From a virus (taxonomy: Duplodnaviria; Caudoviricetes), in the IMG/VR virus record IMGVR_UViG_3300021255_000152, positions 74,029 to 138,028 of that record: a stretch of DNA of 64,000 nucleotides, one strand, 5' to 3'. This document shows, one piece after another, positions 57,714 to 64,000 of this stretch (positions within the stretch are counted from its first letter, which is position 1; the number at the start of each line of letters is the position of its first letter). A program made the translations under genes and the position numbers. Below the pieces are notes generated by a model. That model saw only the letters and a program-made list of their open reading frames with translations. It had not been told where the DNA came from and did not search any database.

Positions 57714-58103
57714 TTAATCAGTTAAACTACAGGATACAATTTCTAATAATGGATTATCGCTATATACAACTAAATCTCCACCGCCAATATTATCTGTGGG
57801 GTTTTGGTAATAAGATAATTTAATTTTTAATGTATTAGTATTATCTCCAGATATTAAAGTGGCTCCATTCATATAGCAACCAATATAATGAATTGGACTA
57901 TTAAAACTAATAGTTAAATATTGTGTTGTTCGTGTATGATCAGCACGATGTTGTGCATTAACTTGAATACGGAAATCATTTCTACCTGTTTCTGGACGTT
58001 GATGAATTCGTGCAGTGACTGTATAACATCCACTACCAGAAGAAGCATAAATACCTTCTGCCATATCATCTAATTGTAAGGCAATTGGCTTAATATATGC
58101 CAT
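57714..58103 (-). CDS. Small beta-rich protein with RiPP-leader-like N-terminus
   Basis: AAAGGAG RBS; MAYIKP...AEGIYASSG then a beta-sandwich-like region. Confidence 0.65.
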   Translation of the reverse strand: MAYIKPIALQLDDMAEGIYASSGSGCYTVTARIHQRPETGRNDFRIQVNAQHRADHTRTTQYLTISFNSPIHYIGCYMNGATLISGDNTNTLKIKLSYYQNPTDNIGGGDLVVYSDNPLLEIVSCSLTD

Positions 58104-58147
58104 ATGTTTAATCTCCTTTCTGTTGAAAAAGGCAGTAAGCCAATGGC

Positions 58148-58432
58148 TTACCACCCTTTATGTGGAAGTATCTTTAAGTCAAATCCTGTTTCTTCTAATG
58201 AAGATTGCATACCCTCTAGCTTTTTGTAGTCAGATAAAGAAGGGCCATATAGTTTTGTTTTTGCGGAACAGAGAGGACAAGAGCAATGTATCTTTCCTTT
58301 ATTTAATCTGTTCCTCTGGCCTCCATGAGTCCAATCATCATAAGCGTCATACCAACCCTGCTTGAGTTTGCGCTTTTTACGTTCGATCGCCATTTGCGTT
58401 AAATGACGTCTTTCTGCCTTAGGTCTCTGCAT
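58148..58432 (-). CDS. Basic hypothetical protein with CSCPLC motif
   Basis: GGAGGT RBS. Confidence 0.7.
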   Translation of the reverse strand: MQRPKAERRHLTQMAIERKKRKLKQGWYDAYDDWTHGGQRNRLNKGKIHCSCPLCSAKTKLYGPSLSDYKKLEGMQSSLEETGFDLKILPHKGW

Positions 58433-58561
58433 ATAAATACCTCCAAGAATTGGGCTGGGCCTCCGTTATGTGGATGCTACACCATATCTCTTGCTTGTGG
58501 CAAGTATTCTCAGCTTTGAACTATCACGTTCTTTAAAATTCCCATTTCCTCCCAATAAAAA

Positions 58562-58634
58562 TGGACACTCCGGGTGTCGAACCCAGTCCTAGGGATTTTC
58601 AGTCCCCCGCAATAACCGTATCTGCCAAGTGTCC
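58562..58634 (-). tRNA. tRNA-Phe(GAA)
   Basis: GGGGA-CTGAAAA-TCCCT. Confidence 0.88.
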
Positions 58635-58716
58635 GCGAAGAGGATTCTCAATCGAGAATCCTCGATCTGCCCTTTGGGCCATCTGTTTAACCGTAGGCCC
58701 GCACATCCTACGATAA

Positions 58717-59026
58717 TGGACCTGAGGGGAATCGAACCCCTGTCCAAGAATATCTACTGTCCTCGACATCTATACTTACAGCTTCCCTATTCAAAGTAAT
58801 TAAAGATGCGTGAATAGGACCGCAATCCTTAATTTGGTTTGAAACTAAAGTGCTTTAATAATTACGACTAAAGAGCTAAAGCTAACTGATTAGAAGGTGC
58901 AAAGAAATTCTTGATCTTTGCGATAGTGTTTTTAACAAAATTTGCGTTTAAATTTAATTTTAGCGTAAGTCGCTACCTTGCTGCTGTCTTGGCACTCAAT
59001 AAACCTGTCGAAACCTTTACAAGCCC
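58717..59026 (-). ncRNA. ssrA: tmRNA; tag (A)ANFVKNTIAKIKNFFAPSNQLALAL*
   Basis: 5' GGGCTTGTAAAGGTTTCGAC, 3' GAC-AGGGG-TTCGATT-CCCCT-CAGGTCC-A with G3:U70. Resume GCA at 58945; tag ends LALAL-TAG at 58868. Confidence 0.9.
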
Positions 59027-59146
59027 ATAAGCAGGGCAGCATTCAATTAAGTGCTTGCCCAGAAACGCCTGTACCCTTGGTACAGGACATGTATCGCCGT
59101 AGCGATATAAGTGACTGTTCCCACACCTTAGGTGGGTCAGCTATAT

Positions 59147-59247
59147 ATACGGGCAGAGATTTGCACTCTGCATGGCACTGTGAGAATTTGTTCGTGCCGA
59201 TTCTACCTCACACTTGTAGTCTATGTCTACCTATTCCATCACCGCAA
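59147..59247 (-). ncRNA. tRNA mimic with Leu-type D arm and kissing-loop/pseudoknot centre
   Basis: ATG-GAATAGGTAGA-CAT D arm; GCAGAG-TGCAAAT-CTCTGC; interleaved TGTGAG/CTCACA and GGCAC/GTGCC. Confidence 0.65.
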
Positions 59248-59250
59248 TTA

Positions 59251-59405
59251 AATTACCCTTCCTCACATAATATTCGTATTGCCGTAGGCCCTTAGGCTCC
59301 GCCGATGGGCCGGAGGCTATAACGGCTCGTAAAACTGGTTCTTCAAAGATTGACGACTCGCCAATCCTGCATAATTTAATATGCTTAGTCTGAGGAAAGT
59401 CAATT
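59251..59405 (-). ncRNA. Candidate structured ncRNA
   Basis: Closing stem TTCCTCA/TGAGGAA with flanking AATT pairs; internal hairpins GCATA/TATGC, GATTG/CAATC, GCCGT/ACGGC, CTCCG/CGGAG. Confidence 0.5.
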
Positions 59406-59420
59406 CCACCGATTTCTTTA

Positions 59421-59542
59421 TGGTATTGAGGGTAGGGATTTGCACCCTGCATGAAAGAGTTTTGAGACCTCGCGTGCGACAATCATGTATGCATCCATGC
59501 TCTTTCATCACGCCCAGCGTCTACCTATTCCGCCACCTCAAT
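59421..59542 (-). ncRNA. tRNA mimic with encoded CCA and a pseudoknot in place of the anticodon arm
   Basis: ATTGAGG/CCTCAAT-A-CCA; GCG-GAATAGGTAGA-CGC; T loop TGCAAAT; GCGTG/CACGC crossing ATGAAAGAG/CTCTTTCAT. Confidence 0.72.
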
Positions 59543-59554
59543 TAATTAATATAC

Positions 59555-59914
59555 CTATTCCTTATTTCCTTTATATGGATTTGGCAACGGCATCCATGCT
59601 GTAACTGCATAATCAACATGGAAACCAGCCATGGTAAATTCTCCAAACTTTTGTTTATCACAATCAAACCATTCAGAATAACTTCTATTTCCATCGGAAA
59701 CATTAAACAATCTGTTATTCCTTATACACTCGTCGTGGTTTGGCAATCTTTCACTTACTGAAATCCATTGTGGTTCTGTACTAACTAATTGCCCCTGTTT
59801 TACACCTATGCGAAAACCTTTTTCAAAAGCCGCAGGAATAGATGTGTTTATATCACATTCGCTCTTAAAATAATTCTCTATGGCAATTTTCATTTTTCTT
59901 TCACTAATTGGCAT
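59555..59914 (-). CDS. DUF551-type phage protein
   Basis: WISVSERLP...VTAWMPLPNPY. Confidence 0.75.
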   Translation of the reverse strand: MPISERKMKIAIENYFKSECDINTSIPAAFEKGFRIGVKQGQLVSTEPQWISVSERLPNHDECIRNNRLFNVSDGNRSYSEWFDCDKQKFGEFTMAGFHVDYAVTAWMPLPNPYKGNKE

Positions 59915-59916
59915 TT

Positions 59917-60450
59917 TTACCTCGTATATTTTAAACCTTTAACACATTGATTTATAAGGCTACTTTTTGCTTCTGGACATGTTCCTTCTTGGTCCATGCC
60001 TCCTTCCCTATAATACCATGTCATATGCTTATCTTCGTAGATTTGAAATTCTAAATATTTGCCATTTTGGTCATATTCTAATTGAATAGAACCATCTGCT
60101 ACTGGAAAAATCTCTGGTATAATATCTAATTCAGAAATCAGATTTTTTACAAAATAAATCAATTTATCAGAGAAAGGTTCTGCGTCATAACCATTCCAGC
60201 CTTTTTTATAGACATGAAAGCTATCTAACTTCATCCACGCATCCCAAAGCTTTTCAGCTTCTTTGCTTGTAAATGTAATATCATTTTTTGAAAGACGCAC
60301 ATATGTTCTTAATTCATCAAAAACATTAATTCCAACTGGAACAGAATCTCTTTTCAAAATTTCCTGATTTATTTTTTGCTCTTCTTCTGTCATGCAACGT
60401 TGCTCGCCAAACAATTCTTGAGCATGTTCAATCCAATCTATTTTTACCAT
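59917..60450 (-). CDS. Hypothetical protein
   Basis: GWNGYDAEP..PEIFPVADGSIQLEY. Confidence 0.65.
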   Translation of the reverse strand: MVKIDWIEHAQELFGEQRCMTEEEQKINQEILKRDSVPVGINVFDELRTYVRLSKNDITFTSKEAEKLWDAWMKLDSFHVYKKGWNGYDAEPFSDKLIYFVKNLISELDIIPEIFPVADGSIQLEYDQNGKYLEFQIYEDKHMTWYYREGGMDQEGTCPEAKSSLINQCVKGLKYTR

Positions 60451-60782
60451 AATTCCCACCAAAATTCTGCGTTTTTGTTATAGGTATAATTTGTTAAATT
60501 CTCTGATTTCATTGCCCTACGATTTTTTCTATGGCAATTTGTTTTAATCCATTTGCTTAATTTGACCGGACGCCAATTACGTTTTAAATAAGAATTCTCA
60601 GTAGGAAAATTTTTATGAGTATTTTCATCCCACTCATAATCACTCCAGCCGACCGGCCAAGGAAACCATCTATCTCCTCCAATAGAATAAAGGTAATTCA
60701 TTTTATCCTTATTCTTCTTTTTGCGGAAATAGCGATTACTTTTTACTTTCCCAGAATAAGGGTCTCTATACTTGTGAGCCAT
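60444..60782 (-). CDS. Basic hypothetical protein
   Basis: AGGAGGT RBS; K/R-rich, ends FWWELW. Confidence 0.7.
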   Translation of the reverse strand: MAHKYRDPYSGKVKSNRYFRKKKNKDKMNYLYSIGGDRWFPWPVGWSDYEWDENTHKNFPTENSYLKRNWRPVKLSKWIKTNCHRKNRRAMKSENLTNYTYNKNAEFWWELW

Positions 60783-60804
60783 ATAAATACCTCCTATCTG
60801 ATAG

Positions 60805-60876
60805 TCCGGGCGAGAGGAATTGAACCTCCACTCTTGCCCTTATAAGGAGCCTGCTTTACCATTAAGCTACGCCCGG
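60805..60876 (-). tRNA. tRNA-Ile(UAU)
   Basis: Loop CTTATAA; canonical D and T arms. Confidence 0.88.
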
Positions 60877-61032
60877 AAATTTTAATCCTTCCATTTAATT
60901 GAAAGCACTTTTGGATCAAAACGTTCTAACTCTTCTTCAAGAAGTTCTTTTATTAGTTTATCTTCATGATCGAAGTTATCAGTGTAATCAATTAATCTAA
61001 TTGTAACTTCAAATTCAGTCATAAAAATCTCC

Positions 61033-61287
61033 TTAAAAATTCGAGTTACTTAAATCATATGGATCTTCATCACCCGTCCAAATGACATCTAAATCACACA
61101 TCCATTTTTCTTCTGGACGATAATCATTAAACACTTCTTGATATAAAAGATCTCCAACGTTATTCCAATCTTCTTCTGTTACTTCTTCATCAGATTCTAA
61201 ATACGCTCTTAATCTATCACACAAATATTTTCGGTCTGATGGAATAACTTCTAACATCTGTAATATAACATCATGTAAATCTCGCAT
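61033..61287 (-). CDS. Acidic hypothetical protein
   Basis: GAGGT RBS. Confidence 0.6.
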   Translation of the reverse strand: MRDLHDVILQMLEVIPSDRKYLCDRLRAYLESDEEVTEEDWNNVGDLLYQEVFNDYRPEEKWMCDLDVIWTGDEDPYDLSNSNF

Positions 61288-61304
61288 ACAAATACCTCAC
61301 TAAA

Positions 61305-61376
61305 TCGGCCCGATGGGGATTGAACCCATGACCCACGGATTAAAAGTCCGCTGCTCTACCGCTGAGCTACGAGCCG
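61305..61376 (-). tRNA. tRNA-Lys(UUU)
   Basis: GCGGA-CTTTTAA-TCCGT. Confidence 0.93.
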
Positions 61377-61380
61377 ATAG

Positions 61381-61452
61381 TACCCTCGCTGGGAATCGAA
61401 CCCAGATTATAACCTTAGAAGGGTCATGTACTATCCTTTATACGACAAGGGC
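61381..61452 (-). tRNA. tRNA-Arg(UCU)
   Basis: TGACC-CTTCTAA-GGTTA. Confidence 0.9.
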
Positions 61453-61457
61453 ATAAG

Positions 61458-61556
61458 ATACTGCCAGTATGGAATTTAACCATATCTTCCGGCACTCTTT
61501 TCCAATGGTTAGTTGGCAGTGGCGCCAGTATGCGACCTTACATCATGTAACAGTAT
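61458..61556 (-). ncRNA. tRNA-like RNA with elongated anticodon arm
   Basis: ATACTGTTA/TGGCAGTAT; TATGG-TTAAATT-CCATA; CTGGCGC/GTGCCGG extended by CCAA-CTAACCA-TTGG. Confidence 0.55.
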
Positions 61557-61591
61557 TCTATACTACTGAGTGACCAGCTTTTCGTATATAG

Positions 61592-61664
61592 TCCTACCGC
61601 AGGGACTTGAACCCTGAACCCTTTGATTAAGAGTCAAATGCTCTGCCAGTTGAGCTACGGAAGG
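61592..61664 (-). tRNA. tRNA-Lys(CUU)
   Basis: TTTGA-CTCTTAA-TCAAA. Confidence 0.92.
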
Positions 61665-61681
61665 ATATAGAAAAGTAGAAA

Positions 61682-62095
61682 CTACTTTTCTTCTGCGTAC
61701 CAATCCCAACCTAAATGAAGGTTGAAACTTTTGCTGTCATCGCCCCAGCGGAAGACATATTCAATATTTACGTCATCGCCAGTAGCCATTGTGAGATTTG
61801 GATCGGCTTTCATTGCGGCAAGGACACCCTGTGTGTCATGAGCAGCTTTATAAATATACTTGTCGTAAGTTGCCTTATTCTTACATTTAATAAGATAATC
61901 AGCGGAACGGATTCCAAATGTACGAATATCCAATCCAATCCAGTAAATTTCTCCAGGTCCCTGGTCAAATCCATGCACATTACACCACATCATTGCTTTA
62001 TTTGGCCAAGTAACCGTTTCGTCATAAATGTGATTAACCCAATGAGTTTCCTCTGTTGATTTAAATAACTTCTTTTTAAACCATTTTAGACACAT
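61682..62095 (-). CDS. Hypothetical protein (start corrected to exclude tRNA-Ala)
   Basis: GGAGGA RBS before ATG 62095. Confidence 0.65.
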   Translation of the reverse strand: MCLKWFKKKLFKSTEETHWVNHIYDETVTWPNKAMMWCNVHGFDQGPGEIYWIGLDIRTFGIRSADYLIKCKNKATYDKYIYKAAHDTQGVLAAMKADPNLTMATGDDVNIEYVFRWGDDSKSFNLHLGWDWYAEEK

Positions 62096-62121
62096 AATCT
62101 TATCCTCCGCTTTAATCAGAG

Positions 62122-62194
62122 TGGAACCGAAGGGGATCGAACCCTCAACCCCCTGCTTGCAAAGCAGGTGCGCTCCCGGTTGCGCCACGGCCCC
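62122..62194 (-). tRNA. tRNA-Ala(UGC)
   Basis: G3:U70; loop TTTGCAA. Confidence 0.94.
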
Positions 62195-62269
62195 ATATAT
62201 AGGAAGTTACCCCGTTTTTATTAAAGTGAGCTTTCTGCAAAACTTCCCCAAATGACCGACCTCACTCAG

Positions 62270-62350
62270 CGCCGCACACAGGATTCGAACCTGCAAACCT
62301 TTACGGTTAATGGTTTTCTAGACCACTCCCTCACCACCCGGACATGCGGC
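62270..62350 (-). tRNA. tRNA-Ser(AGA)
   Basis: GTGGT-CTAGAAA-ACCAT, variable arm AACC/GGTT, G73, minimal D arm. Confidence 0.78.
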
Positions 62351-62353
62351 ATA

Positions 62354-62427
62354 TGGCAGCCCCACCTCGATTCGAACGAGGAACAACAGGTTCAGAGCCT
62401 GGTATGTTGCCGTTACACTATGGGGCT
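62354..62427 (-). tRNA. tRNA-Gln(CUG), CCA encoded
   Basis: Loop CTCTGAA. Confidence 0.88.
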
Positions 62428-62498
62428 ATAAGATAAGGATTTCCTTACCTTACATATATATTATATCATATATTTTTTAACTTTTCAAAAATGTTCTT

Positions 62499-63014
62499 TT
62501 ATTTTGAATATCTATCAGCAATATGGCTGGCTGCATAGCTATCTGGTTTGATTTCAAAATCATAACCAAGTGCAGTCATCCATCCACTCAACTCTTGGAT
62601 TAATTCCTTTGTTGGACCATTTTTACCAACATCCATATGAATATGGAAGTGAATATTACTATTCTTATCTGTTAAATCAATACCTTGATCGAAAAATTCA
62701 TCTACTAATAGTTCAGCAGCATCAACAGATATGGCGGTTTCTTCTCTGAGTTTATAATGTAAGCTAGCTATCTTATCATGATACATTCTTTTATAGAAGA
62801 AGATACCACCATTATGCAATCTGTGAACTGTAATAGCAAGAACAAATTGAGTGGTACTATATGTCATTGAGTCCGTTCCAATAGCTATATCGTATTCCTT
62901 ATCAGGTTCCTCCTGGATATACTCTACAATGCGCGCAATAGCTTCTCGTAAAGTTAGAGTTCCTTTTGTTAAGCTATGAACAGACATATCTAAATTTATA
63001 TTAAACTCTGACAT
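62499..63014 (-). CDS. RNase H-like YkuK/DUF458 family protein
   Basis: IGTDS, GGIFFY, L..ET..S, IHMDVG..GPT, IKPDSYAAS.IAD. Confidence 0.82.
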   Translation of the reverse strand: MSEFNINLDMSVHSLTKGTLTLREAIARIVEYIQEEPDKEYDIAIGTDSMTYSTTQFVLAITVHRLHNGGIFFYKRMYHDKIASLHYKLREETAISVDAAELLVDEFFDQGIDLTDKNSNIHFHIHMDVGKNGPTKELIQELSGWMTALGYDFEIKPDSYAASHIADRYSK

Positions 63015-63096
63015 TTTATACCTCCTATAATTAGTGCAAATCCTGCCTGTTTCATTATTTAAATTTGTTCTTAAAAAAGGCCGATATTCGGCCTAG

Positions 63097-63169
63097 CAGC
63101 CCCAGCATGGTTCGAACATGCGCATCAAGGATTCAAAGTCCTCCGCCTTACCTACTTGGCTATGGGGCC
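63097..63169 (-). tRNA. tRNA-Gln(UUG)
   Basis: GAGGA-CTTTGAA-TCCTT. Confidence 0.9.
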
Positions 63170-63178
63170 ATAAAAGAG

Positions 63179-63661
63179 TTATTTAATAACTCTTTGTGTA
63201 ACAAATAAACCAATAATCATTGTGATAGTGTCGATCATGAATGCTGTGAAACTCTTCACAATTTTTACCGCAAATGGAATCTGATACAAGAAGCACTCAA
63301 TAAGAGTTTTCGCACATAGAATACCAAGAGCGACAAAGATTACGGTTACAATCATTTTCACCCAAATGTTCTTAGTCTTTTGGAACAAAATTCCGCACCC
63401 AAGTCCAATGATGAAATTACCTACGAACCAACCGATGCTGAATCCATATGGGGAAAATAGAATACTTTCAATTCCACATCCTACTGCGCCAATGAAGGCA
63501 CCCCAGGGGCCAAACATTTCACATCCAATAGCAAGGGCAATATATCCTAAATCAAGAGAAATTGCGCCAATGAATGGAATTTTCATGAAGGCACTTAGCA
63601 CACAATATAGTGCTGTGAGAATTGCGATTCCTGCGATTTTTTTTGTTGTCAGTTTATTCAT
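63179..63661 (-). CDS. ECF transporter S-component
   Basis: TKKIA.IAILTAL, LDLG, FGPWGAFIGAVG; 5-6 TM. Confidence 0.8.
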   Translation of the reverse strand: MNKLTTKKIAGIAILTALYCVLSAFMKIPFIGAISLDLGYIALAIGCEMFGPWGAFIGAVGCGIESILFSPYGFSIGWFVGNFIIGLGCGILFQKTKNIWVKMIVTVIFVALGILCAKTLIECFLYQIPFAVKIVKSFTAFMIDTITMIIGLFVTQRVIK

Positions 63662-63884
63662 AATCTATACCTCCTAATGTTCATGAATAAACCAAAAACA
63701 CTAGAAGATACGAGTATTTTTGGTTGACAGTTTAACGACATGATTTGCGACAAATACAAACTTCTTGGTCGAAAAAATACGATCACTCCTTGCTTCCTTT
63801 ATTTTATAACGCGACATTTTCCAAGCGTGATCGTGAGACGAATGTTAATGCCGCGGGCATTTTTCTCCTCACTGAAAGGAGTAG

Positions 63885-63958
63885 TCGATAGGGTGGGACT
63901 CGAACCCACAAACCACTGTTTCTAAGACAGTGTGCTATGCCAATTCGCGTACCTACCG
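63885..63958 (-). tRNA. tRNA-Leu(UAG), short variable loop
   Basis: ACTGT-CTTAGAA-ACAGT. Confidence 0.85.
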
Positions 63959-63963
63959 ATAAG

Positions 63964-64000
63964 TGTGGGATACGGGGGTCGAACCCGTACTTCATCCTTG
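63964..64000 (-). tRNA. Partial tRNA (3' half; 5' end outside window)
   Basis: T arm ACGGG-TTCGACC-CCCGT and acceptor 3' strand. Confidence 0.7.

Noticed and set aside
58445-58532. Additional tRNA gene
   Set aside because: D-arm-like and anticodon-like stems (CTTGC-CACAA-GCAAG) are visible, but there is no proper T arm or acceptor stem; at best a degenerate remnant.

Overview
AT-rich (roughly 30-33% GC by eye) segment of a large tailed phage, most likely infecting an anaerobic, walled Firmicute: it has a class III RNR, a Cpl-7/GH25 endolysin and sigmaA-type promoters. The code-11 ORF track is misleading because the phage reads TGA as Trp in a subset of genes and encodes its own tRNA-Trp(UCA) at 8453-8523. 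Re-reading with TGA=Trp repairs many apparently broken genes. (1) 1-4753: an operon of three radical-SAM enzymes (at least two SPASM-type), a small partner ORF, and a 393-aa protein whose N-terminus carries about 11 His-x-Asn/Asp (G-Y-x-N/D-H-x-N/D) motifs fused to an Ig-like domain. This is a candidate phage-encoded RiPP-like protein-crosslinking system and the most novel item here. (2) An 825-aa endolysin with M23 + GH25 + NAGPA-like domains, a holin, Hsp20, the suppressor tRNA, a GT8 glycosyltransferase and RuvC. (3) 10.4-50 kb: minus-strand nucleotide-metabolism, replication and transcription genes, essentially TGA-free (dUTPase, formate-channel homologue beside nrdG/nrdD, DnaE, RecD-like helicase, RecJ, primase, DnaB, Sak4, SSB, ThyX-like, LigA, GyrA/GyrB split by an R-M pair, RNase H, PNK/phosphoesterase/RNA ligase, a SigA-like sigma factor). 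Two TGA-containing exceptions lie here: a membrane-anchored GIY-YIG protein and a degenerate amidase. (4) 50.7-64 kb: about 26 tRNAs, a tmRNA, several tRNA mimics whose anticodon or D region is replaced by pseudoknots or insertions, and other structured intergenic RNAs. The palindrome TGCGCGCA looks strongly over-represented. All calls come from manual reading; no database searches were run.
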